Part shown: one piece after another, positions 39,086 to 46,961 of the stretch
Numbering within the stretch: position 1 is the stretch's first letter
How the letters are laid out: each line of letters opens with the position of its first letter
Assembly: GCA_012728915.1 (NCBI GenBank)
Contig: JAAYEC010000007.1
Location: 6,505-70,504, forward strand
Reading direction: 5' to 3'
DNA length: 64,000 bases
Origin: Deltaproteobacteria bacterium
GTDB lineage: Bacteria; Desulfobacterota; Syntrophia; Syntrophales; UBA2192
Made by a program: the position numbers and the translations under genes
The notes under the pieces: model-generated
What the model was told of the DNA's origin: nothing
The model's database searches: none
Seen by the model: only the letters and a program-made list of their open reading frames with translations

Positions 39086-40237
39086 TCAGTAGTACATCTT
39101 GATCAGGCAGTCGCTGATCTCCCGCGGGGTGATCAGCCGGCCGTCGACGCGGTTCAGCGTCTCCACGCGCGAGCTGCCGCGATGGACGCGCTTGACCTCG
39201 CGGCTGATCTGCCCGATGTTCATCTCCGGGACGAGAACGGCCCGGCATTGTTTCAGGACCTTTTCCACGCAGCGCCGCGGGAAGGGGAAGAGCGTGATGA
39301 GCTGCAGGAGCCCCGCCTTCACCCCGCGTTCGCGTGCCTCGAGGACGGCCCGCCGGGCCGAACGGGCCACGGAGCCGTACGCAATCACGGCGACCTCGGC
39401 GTCTTCCATCCGGTAGCTCTCCACCCGCTGGATCTCGTGGAAGCCCTGGGTGATCTTCCGGAACAGCCTGCGCATCAGGGCGTCGATCTCGTCGGAGCGC
39501 TGCGTCGGGAATCCCCTCTCGTCATGCGTCAGCCCTGTCACATGGTGGCGATAGCCGTCGCCGAAGGCGGCCATGGGCGGTACCCCCGTTCCCGTGTCCT
39601 CGTACGGGCGGTACCACTCGGGCGGCACCGCCGGCTTCAGGCGGTCGACGACCTCGATCTCTCCGGGCGGCGGCGGGACAAAGGTCTCCCGGGTGTGGGC
39701 CACCACCTCATCTGAGAGGATGATGACCGGTACCCTGTATTTCTCGGCCAGGTTGAAGGCGAACACGGTGAGCTCGAAGCAGTCTCGGACGCAGGAGACG
39801 GCCAGCACGATGACGGGGTGGTCGCCGTGGGTGCCCCAGCGGGCCTGCATGACGTCGCCCTGGGAGGCCAGGGTGGGAAGCCCGGTGCTCGGCCCTCCGC
39901 GCATTACGTTCACGACGACGCACGGCGTCTCCGCCATGCAGGCATAGCCGATGTTTTCCTGCATGAGCGAGAACCCGGGGCCGCTCGTGGCCGTCATGGC
40001 CTTCACGCCGGCCAGCGACGCCCCGATGACGGCGCCCATGCTCGCGATCTCGTCCTCCATCTGGATGAAGGTGCCCCCGAGGGCCGGAAGCTTGAGGGCC
40101 ATGTGTTCGGCGATCTCCGAGGCGGGGGTGATGGGATAACCCGCGAAAAACCGGCACCCCGCCGCCAGCGCCCCCTCGGCCAGGGCCTCGTTTCCCTGGA
40201 GAAGCAGGATTTTGCCCTCTTTCGACCGTCCGCTCAT
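39086..40237 (-). CDS. korA: 2-oxoacid:ferredoxin oxidoreductase alpha subunit
   Basis: GYPITP, QMEDE, ATSGPG, RGGPSTG. Confidence 0.95.
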   Translation of the reverse strand: MSGRSKEGKILLLQGNEALAEGALAAGCRFFAGYPITPASEIAEHMALKLPALGGTFIQMEDEIASMGAVIGASLAGVKAMTATSGPGFSLMQENIGYACMAETPCVVVNVMRGGPSTGLPTLASQGDVMQARWGTHGDHPVIVLAVSCVRDCFELTVFAFNLAEKYRVPVIILSDEVVAHTRETFVPPPPGEIEVVDRLKPAVPPEWYRPYEDTGTGVPPMAAFGDGYRHHVTGLTHDERGFPTQRSDEIDALMRRLFRKITQGFHEIQRVESYRMEDAEVAVIAYGSVARSARRAVLEARERGVKAGLLQLITLFPFPRRCVEKVLKQCRAVLVPEMNIGQISREVKRVHRGSSRVETLNRVDGRLITPREISDCLIKMYY

Positions 40238-40536
40238 GAAGGTGTCTCCCCGGGCGAGGCGTCCCGCTCCTGGACCGAGATGGCCAGGTCGGGACAGTGC
40301 ATTTCGCAGAAGCGGCAGCCGATGCACTCCTCCGGCTTTTCCACGTGAGCGCCCGTGTCGTCGCAGCGCAGGACCTGCTTCGGGCAGAAGGCCGCGCAGA
40401 TCCCGCAGTTCTTGCACCAGGCCCGGATGATGAACGGCCGATACCGCTTCTTCCTCTTTTCGGGTTTCGGAGCCGTTCCGGTGCCGTCCTTTTCCCCGGG
40501 CACGGAATTTGTTTTCGTACCGCCTGGTTTCGCCAT
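40234..40536 (-). CDS. korD: 2-oxoacid:ferredoxin oxidoreductase delta (ferredoxin) subunit
   Basis: CKNCGICAAFCP, CIGCRFCEMHCPDLAI. Confidence 0.92.
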   Translation of the reverse strand: MAKPGGTKTNSVPGEKDGTGTAPKPEKRKKRYRPFIIRAWCKNCGICAAFCPKQVLRCDDTGAHVEKPEECIGCRFCEMHCPDLAISVQERDASPGETPS

Positions 40537-40688
40537 GAGGGTTCACGCCTGCCGGCCTTGTGTTTCTGTACGGAACATGGCCTCATATCACGTCGTGGAC
40601 CGTCGGACAAGCATTTTCAGCAGCCCGAAGCCCCTGAAATTCCCGTTGACCGGCTCCGGACGCTCCGCTATACGTGAACAGGACGGAC

Positions 40689-41150
40689 ATGGACGAAAAA
40701 ACCGTATTCATCGTTGCGGCGGCCCTTTTCATCGGCCTCATCGCCTTGCTTGTCAGCCGGTCGGGGGAGAATCACGGCCTGCTCAGGCCCAGCGGGACCG
40801 CGACGGAAAATTTTCAGGCCTCCCGGATGGTTTCCGGCCTCGGCTACTGGTTCAGCGGGCCCGAGTCGCACCCGGTGGCGATCATCGGCGTGGAGGAACG
40901 GTTTCGGTTCGACTCGGCCGGTTACTGGGCGCGGGTCGACGGGGAGGACGCGCTCAAGAGGCTCGTCGCGGGCATGCGCTCACAGGCGCTTCCGCTCAAT
41001 CAGGATCTCCGCGGCTTCGAGATGGTTGACCGGCGGGGCGAGCGGATCGGCGAGTGGTATTCCGCCCCGGGCATCCAGGCGGTGATCACGAGAACGGGCA
41101 TCGACAGCGTCGAGATCTATCCGCCGTCTTCTGAGCCGGTCAGGCCCTGA
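40689..41150 (+). CDS. Membrane-anchored hypothetical protein
   Basis: N-terminal TM helix; upstream TTGACC-17-TATACG. Confidence 0.65.
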   Translation: MDEKTVFIVAAALFIGLIALLVSRSGENHGLLRPSGTATENFQASRMVSGLGYWFSGPESHPVAIIGVEERFRFDSAGYWARVDGEDALKRLVAGMRSQALPLNQDLRGFEMVDRRGERIGEWYSAPGIQAVITRTGIDSVEIYPPSSEPVRP

Positions 41151-41172
41151 CAGGCCCTGAGCCGCCCGCGGC

Positions 41173-41700
41173 TTACAGGCCCTTCTTCTCGAAGAACCAG
41201 AAAATTCCCAGGAACAGCACGCTGAGCACCGCGATGACCGGCCAGGGTCCCATGCCCAGCGCCGACGGGATCGTGATCTTTCCGTGGTTGCCCCAGGTCA
41301 GGATCGTCGCCTTGACCTGCGGGTAGACCTCCGCGAAAAGGGCCGCCCCCAGGATCATCCCCGCGAGGCCGAACAGGGCGTCCCATCGGCCTTCGCCGAG
41401 GGCCCCCACGGCTGTCCCCGGACAGTACCCCACGACGGCCCAGCCGATGCCGAACAGGATTCCCCCGATGACATTGGCCCCGAGGACGGTCTCCTTGAGG
41501 CTGAACTTGATGAGGCCGAACTCGTTCAGGCCGTAGAGGCCGATCATGGCGACGAGGATCGCCGAGAGCATGAACTTCATGATTGTCATGTCGAGCAGCC
41601 GCATGGCGCCCACCTGCTTGTCGTAGCGCAGGACCTGTCCCTTCTGGAGGAGAAACCCGAAGGCCACGCCCGTGATCAAGCCGGAGTACAGTTCGTTCAT
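41173..41700 (-). CDS. YeeE/YedE (TsuA-like) thiosulfate transporter, second half
   Basis: GFLLQK and GGILFGIGW...GYCPGT. Confidence 0.92.
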   Translation of the reverse strand: MNELYSGLITGVAFGFLLQKGQVLRYDKQVGAMRLLDMTIMKFMLSAILVAMIGLYGLNEFGLIKFSLKETVLGANVIGGILFGIGWAVVGYCPGTAVGALGEGRWDALFGLAGMILGAALFAEVYPQVKATILTWGNHGKITIPSALGMGPWPVIAVLSVLFLGIFWFFEKKGL

Positions 41701-42218
41701 CGCCTGTCACCTCCGTAGAGAATCCGCGCCGTGACGACGCCGGCCCCGAAGAAACAGATCAGGGCGATGTAGCCGCTCACCGCTATTTGAGCCAGACCGC
41801 TCAAACCGTGGCCGCTCGGTCACCCGTCGGCCATTCGGGCCCCGAACATCAGCACGATGCCCCCGAGAAAGGCCGCAGCCCAGCGTTTCGCCCCCGAGGA
41901 CCCGAATCGGGCTTCCCACATGGGCGGCACAGGGGTCGACCGAAAGTCTTTCGTGAAGACCGCTGCCGCCAGGGCGCCGAAGAAGATCCCCACGACGAAC
42001 ATCCACTGCCACTCGATCTTGATTTTTTCCTTCTTGTAGTACTCCTGCCCCGTCGCATGCCCCGGCGCGACAGCCTGTTCGACCATTCCCGCCGCTCGGA
42101 CAAAGGTTGTCGAGGCGCCGAAATACTTGCCCGTCAGGAATACGGACATCACCAGCAGCACTCCCGCCAGGGCCCCGGCGATGTAAGGGGACCAGCCCCT
42201 GCGCGTCATGACTTTCAT
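41697..42218 (-). CDS. YeeE/YedE transporter, first half; selenoprotein (UGA 41820-41822 = Sec133)
   Basis: WSPYIAG...GARMADG-TGA-PSGHGLSG matches the family G-C-x-SGH motif. The frame continues 40 codons to an ATGA overlap with the partner gene; SECIS present. Confidence 0.9.
41786..41805 (-). promoter_or_regulatory. Bacterial SECIS element
   Basis: UUUGAGC-GGUCUG-GCUCAAA, 14 nt after the UGA. Confidence 0.8.
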
Positions 42219-42312
42219 CGTGTCCTCCTAAACTACAGGTATCGGGCATCGGGAATCGGAAAGAGATGGAAGTTAGGAAGCTTCATCTTCTTCCGGACCC
42301 TGGACCCTGTTC

Positions 42313-43302
42313 TTATGATCCCACTCTCAGGACGATCTTGCCGAAGTGCCTGTCCTCCTCCATCATCCGGTGCGCCGCCTGCACCTCCTCGAGCGGGAAC
42401 ACCTTCTCGATGAGGGGCACGATGGTCCGGTCGGCAAATTTCGGCAGGGCCCGGCGCGTGAACTCGGCGACGATCCCGCCCTTCTCGGAGACGGGGCGGG
42501 ACCGGAGCACCGAACCGATGATCCGCTGCCGCTTCACCATCATGAGTCCCAGGTTCAGCTCGGCCTTGATGCCGCTCGTCACGCCGATCAGGACGAGCCT
42601 GCCAGCGTAGGCCAGCGAGTTCATGTTCGGCTCGAGGTACTTCGCGCCGATGTGGTCCAGGATGACGTCGACGCCGCGCTTGCCCGTGAAATTCTTCACG
42701 GCTTCCGAAAAATCGGGCGTCTCCCTGTAATTGATCACCAGGTCCACTCCTAGCTGCTTCACGCGGTCCATTTTCTCGGGAGAGGCCGTCACGATGAGCT
42801 TCGTGCCCGGGGCGAGGGCCCTGCAGAGCTGCACGGCCGCCGTGTTGACCCCGCCGCCGCCGCCGTGGAGCAGCGCGACCTGCCCGTCGCCCAGTTCCCC
42901 CAGGATGAAAACGTTCAGGAAGGCCGTGATGTAGGACTCGCAGACGCAGGCGGCCTCCTCGAAGCTCATGCTCCCGGGGATGCGCATCAGGTGATCCGCG
43001 TAGGCCACGGCATACTCGGCGTATCCGCCGCCCCCCACAAGCGACATGACCCTGTCGCCCCTGGCGCAGCCGCCGACACCGGGCCCGAGCTCCTCGATGA
43101 CGCCCGCCACTTCCAGGCCCAGGATGTCCGACTCCCCGGGGGGCGGTGGGTACTTCCCCTCCCTCTGTACGAGGTCGGGCCGGTTGACGGACGTGGCTTT
43201 TACCCGGATGAGCACCTGGCCCGCGGCGGGTTTCGGCGCCGGGGCCTCCCCCACCCTCAGGACATCGACGCCTCCAAACCCTTCCATCAGAACCGCTTTC
43301 AT
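42313..43302 (-). CDS. NAD(P)H-quinone oxidoreductase (PIG3/zeta-crystallin MDR family)
   Basis: VNRPD..QR.G.YPPPPG, GGGYAEY, HGGGGGV, GKIVL. Confidence 0.92.
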   Translation of the reverse strand: MKAVLMEGFGGVDVLRVGEAPAPKPAAGQVLIRVKATSVNRPDLVQREGKYPPPPGESDILGLEVAGVIEELGPGVGGCARGDRVMSLVGGGGYAEYAVAYADHLMRIPGSMSFEEAACVCESYITAFLNVFILGELGDGQVALLHGGGGGVNTAAVQLCRALAPGTKLIVTASPEKMDRVKQLGVDLVINYRETPDFSEAVKNFTGKRGVDVILDHIGAKYLEPNMNSLAYAGRLVLIGVTSGIKAELNLGLMMVKRQRIIGSVLRSRPVSEKGGIVAEFTRRALPKFADRTIVPLIEKVFPLEEVQAAHRMMEEDRHFGKIVLRVGS

Positions 43303-43678
43303 GGACGCCTCCGGTCTGCGGACAACCCGCCGTCATGCCGCTGTCTCTGCGAACGGCGTTGCCGATGATCTCTTTTATGAGGATACCCATGCGGACGCGC
43401 AGAGTCAACGGGATTGTGCGCCGCCCCGCCGGCATGGACGTGAAACCCTGAGATGCGGGCCTGCGCATCGCGCCGGGGCAGGCACCCGGGAAACGATCGG
43501 AGACGAAACCAGGCCGTTCCGTACAGGGGTGCCCCGGGGCCGGATCCGCCGGCCCGGTGCAAACGGGCAAGGGGCGATCGGGGTCCGAGGGACGGCGTCC
43601 GTCCGCAGGGGTTGACGAACGCGCGTGGATGCCTTACTCTGGCAGCGGTTAGAAAAACCACCCCCGGAACGGCATGAA

Positions 43679-44584
43679 ATGAACCAGCCTCCCCCTTCCC
43701 CCCGGCTTCGCATGGTGGACCTGCCCCTGCCGATGACCGGTTTCCGGCACTTCGTCACGAGCTGGCTTTATTCGGACGGGAAGGCCTCTGTTCTCGTGGA
43801 TCCGGGCCCTGCGTCGTCGATCCCCGCCCTCGTCCGCACGCTCGAGGATTGCGGGGTGGAACATCTCGATCTCGTCCTCGTCACGCACGTCCATCTCGAC
43901 CACAGCGGGGGGCTTGGGCAGCTGCTCCCGCGGTATCCCGATGCGAAGGTGATCTGTCACCCCCGCGGGGCGCCGCACCTCGTCGACCCCGCCAGGCTCT
44001 GGGCCGTCTCGCTACGGAACCTCGGCGAGATTGCCGTGATGTACGGAAAGCCCGACCCTGCGCCGTCGGACCGCATCGGCTTCGAAAATACGATCCGCCT
44101 CGGCGCACTGACGATCGAGAGCATCGAGACGCCGGGGCATGCGCCCCACCAGGTTGCCTTCCGGATGGACGGCGCGCTTTTCACCGGCGAGGCAGCGGGC
44201 ATCTTCTTCCCCCTTGCCGACGGGTTTTACCTCCGGGTCGGCTGCCCCCCGGGCGGTTTCGACTACCCGGCGTACCGCCGGTCTGTCGAGCGGCTGCGGA
44301 CCGTCGATGCCTCGGTGCTCTGCTTTTCGCATTACGGATACACGACGGATGTCCGCCAGGTCCTCGACCTCGCCGCGGGCCAGCTCGACCTGTGGATGTC
44401 CACGGCCCGGAAATACGCGGGGGAAAAGGAGGGGGGCTTCGAAGAAAAGGTCGTCGGGGAACTGCTCGGGAAGGATCCCGCGCTGGCCCGCTTCGGAGAC
44501 CTGCCCGAGGACGTGAAAGCCAGGGAGCGCTGGCACCTGCGCCACAGCGTTGCCGGTTTCAGGCCGTACGCCGGGCCGGCGTAG
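43679..44584 (+). CDS. MBL-fold metallo-hydrolase
   Basis: THVHLDHSGG, TPGHAPH, FTGEAAG, FSHYG. Confidence 0.9.
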   Translation: MNQPPPSPRLRMVDLPLPMTGFRHFVTSWLYSDGKASVLVDPGPASSIPALVRTLEDCGVEHLDLVLVTHVHLDHSGGLGQLLPRYPDAKVICHPRGAPHLVDPARLWAVSLRNLGEIAVMYGKPDPAPSDRIGFENTIRLGALTIESIETPGHAPHQVAFRMDGALFTGEAAGIFFPLADGFYLRVGCPPGGFDYPAYRRSVERLRTVDASVLCFSHYGYTTDVRQVLDLAAGQLDLWMSTARKYAGEKEGGFEEKVVGELLGKDPALARFGDLPEDVKARERWHLRHSVAGFRPYAGPA

Positions 44585-44607
44585 CTCCGGCCTGTTTCGG
44601 CCTGCGT

Positions 44608-45012
44608 TCAGCCCTCGCCGAGCTCTTCGAGAAGGTCTTCGCCCGGATCGAGGGGCACGGAGAAATACCACCAGTTCTTCTTTTCCGTCCAGCCCTCCTG
44701 CCGGGCCGTCTCGTCCCCCCAGAGGCAACGCCCGGACGGGCGAACGAGTCTCCGCAGGGCCGCATCGGCCTTTCGAACCCGTCCCAGGACGTTTTTTCTC
44801 TCCTGCCCGGGGGCCTCGGCAAGGGCCTCCTCGAGCAGCTGCCGGCCGTCCATGTCGTTCAGGTAGTCGTCGAGCCCGAGGCTGTAGCCCTCCCCGACGG
44901 AACGAACCACCTCCTCCCAGCCCTCCAGGAGCCCCCGAAGCCCTCCCCGGACGGTGTGCTCCGGGCAGCCGCGCTTCCTCAAGAATTCCGCGACCGGGTC
45001 TTTGTCTCTCAT
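44608..45012 (-). CDS. Hypothetical protein
   Basis: GAGGG RBS; conserved-looking W...V..V..GY...LDDYLND.D.R and WWY. Confidence 0.7.
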   Translation of the reverse strand: MRDKDPVAEFLRKRGCPEHTVRGGLRGLLEGWEEVVRSVGEGYSLGLDDYLNDMDGRQLLEEALAEAPGQERKNVLGRVRKADAALRRLVRPSGRCLWGDETARQEGWTEKKNWWYFSVPLDPGEDLLEELGEG

Positions 45013-45231
45013 GACGGCATCCCTCTGATTTGCGTTCCGCCTTTCGGGGCGGTCAAAAAGGTCCGAAGGCGAGACACCCTGAAAAGATGGAAGTTAGGAA
45101 GTCATAAAGTTAAGAAGCCCGGCATGGATGGAAAATTTCTTCTTCTCCGCTCTTCCTCACTTCTGCTCTTCCGAGCTTCGTGGCATCAGTCCCGACAAGC
45201 AATCGCGACGATTCCAGCAGTGCGGCCCCGG

Positions 45232-45720
45232 TCACCGGCCCGGGCGTGATCGACGGAGCTGCCGCTGAAAGTACGCCTCCCCGTCGGCCGGCCTGAAGTA
45301 CGTTCGGATCGTGCCGTCGCGGTTGAAGGCGATGAAGTCCCCCGATGCCCGGTCGAACCGGGTCATCACCCCATCGGCCCGGGCGGCCTCCAGGATCGGA
45401 CCGCCTGCCGGCCTGTCGCGCAGTTCCTGCGCCTTCCTGAGATACTGCTCCATCGTGACCGGTCCGAACTCCCTGCCGTGCTTGCTGTAGTGATCGGCCA
45501 TTTTCTGCCTGGAGGCAAACCCGATCTCCGGGCGCTTGACCACCGGCGCGGCGGAATGACCCTCGATGGACCGAGCTGCGGGTGGAGCATCGGCCTGCGG
45601 CGCCTGCGGCGCCCCGCAGGCGAACGCAAGACACACAGCCGTCAGGAGTCCTGCAAGCCCGGATCCCGTGTTCCGGGAGAACACCCGCCCCAGCGCCTCC
45701 CCGCCCCTGTCTCGCTTCAT
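45232..45720 (-). CDS. Lipoprotein with toxin-like RNase domain (HY.KHG.EFG...IRTYFRP)
   Basis: LAFAC lipobox and linker, then a domain reminiscent of BECR-fold CDI/Rhs toxin tips; start uncertain. Confidence 0.6.
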   Translation of the reverse strand: MKRDRGGEALGRVFSRNTGSGLAGLLTAVCLAFACGAPQAPQADAPPAARSIEGHSAAPVVKRPEIGFASRQKMADHYSKHGREFGPVTMEQYLRKAQELRDRPAGGPILEAARADGVMTRFDRASGDFIAFNRDGTIRTYFRPADGEAYFQRQLRRSRPGR

Positions 45721-45925
45721 GCCGGCCAATCTATCACAGAATCCCCGGGCCGGGCGAATGATTTCGCCGTCAGCCTGCCGGCACCGCCGGGCCCCGTGCA
45801 GCCGGAAATTTCCTGTTGCATCCCCCTGCGCACCCACGCTATACAGGTCTCCGGGGGGTGCCATCCGCCCGGCCCGCATCGGCGGCTTTCGGGGATGCGC
45901 CGCAACGACAGATGAAGGAGGACAC

Positions 45926-46393
45926 ATGCACGGGTCGAGATCCATCACACGGTTCGCAGCGATCGTCACAGCCCTGATCGTGGCAGGAGGCCTGCTCGCG
46001 GGGTGCGCCACCACGTTCAACCATTCCTTCGATCCCTCTGTGGCCTACACGGGGTTGAAGAGCTACGCCTGGGCATCGGGGGTGACGGCCTCGACGCAGG
46101 ACCTCGTCGCGAGGAACGTCCAGTTCCACGCAGACCAGGCTCTCGAAAAGAAGGGGTTCCGGAAGACCGCCGAGAGCCCCGACATGCTGATCGCAATCGG
46201 TTACGAGAACGAGATCGGGATCAACGAGTACGGCTACCGGCTGCGGATGCTGACGATCGTCATCCAGAAGGCGGACGGCAAACAGACCATCTGGCGGGGC
46301 ACCGCCGCCGGTTCGATCAGTACCGACGCCGGCTCGGGAGACCTGAAGAACGCCGTCGAAGGCATCCTGAAGAACTTCCCGCCGGTGAAGTGA
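45926..46393 (+). CDS. DUF4136 family lipoprotein
   Basis: LAGC lipobox, KSYAW, L.KKGF, IWRGTA; AAGGAGG RBS. Confidence 0.85.
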   Translation: MHGSRSITRFAAIVTALIVAGGLLAGCATTFNHSFDPSVAYTGLKSYAWASGVTASTQDLVARNVQFHADQALEKKGFRKTAESPDMLIAIGYENEIGINEYGYRLRMLTIVIQKADGKQTIWRGTAAGSISTDAGSGDLKNAVEGILKNFPPVK

Positions 46394-46399
46394 AAGACA

Positions 46400-46423
46400 G
46401 GGTTCAGGGTAAAGGGTACAGGG
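46400..46423 (+). repeat. GGGTNNA heptamer x4 (canonical G-quadruplex motif)
   Basis: GGGttcaGGGtaaaGGGtacaGGG, 6 nt after a stop codon. Confidence 0.75.
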
Positions 46424-46528
46424 AAGGAAAAAGATTTTTCCGAGCCCGGGGGTAAGCAGAATGAGGCGCCGCGGACGAAACCTGCGGCGCCTCTGTCTTG
46501 ACGGCCCGGCGCACGGCGCAGCGCGGCG

Positions 46529-46933
46529 TCAGAACAGCTTGACGGCAAACCCCAGCTGGGCGAGTTTCTTCGCGACGACCGTCTTGTCGAAGGGTTTGAT
46601 GACGTAATCGTTGCAGCCGGCCTGGATGCTCGTCATGATGGCGTCCTTGTCGGACCGGGCCGTGACCATGACGACCTTGACCCGCTTGCTCTCGGGAACG
46701 TTTTTCTCCCTCTCCATCCCGCGGATCCGGTTGAGAACCTCGACACCGCTCATCTCCGGCATCTGGACGTCCAGGGAGATCAGGTCGTAGGGAGACCAGG
46801 CATTCCAGGCCTTCGTGAACATCTCCACCGCATCGGCCCCGCTCTCGACGGCGTCGCACTCGCCGAAATGGCTCATGATCATCTTCATCTTTTCCCTGCT
46901 GACCATCTCGTCATCCACGACCAGGATTTTCAT
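46529..46933 (-). CDS. Single-domain response regulator (CheY-like)
   Basis: ILVVDD, LDVQMP, MVTA, KPF. Confidence 0.93.
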   Translation of the reverse strand: MKILVVDDEMVSREKMKMIMSHFGECDAVESGADAVEMFTKAWNAWSPYDLISLDVQMPEMSGVEVLNRIRGMEREKNVPESKRVKVVMVTARSDKDAIMTSIQAGCNDYVIKPFDKTVVAKKLAQLGFAVKLF

Positions 46934-46961
46934 GTTCCTCCGCCTTCCCTGAATCCCTCGC

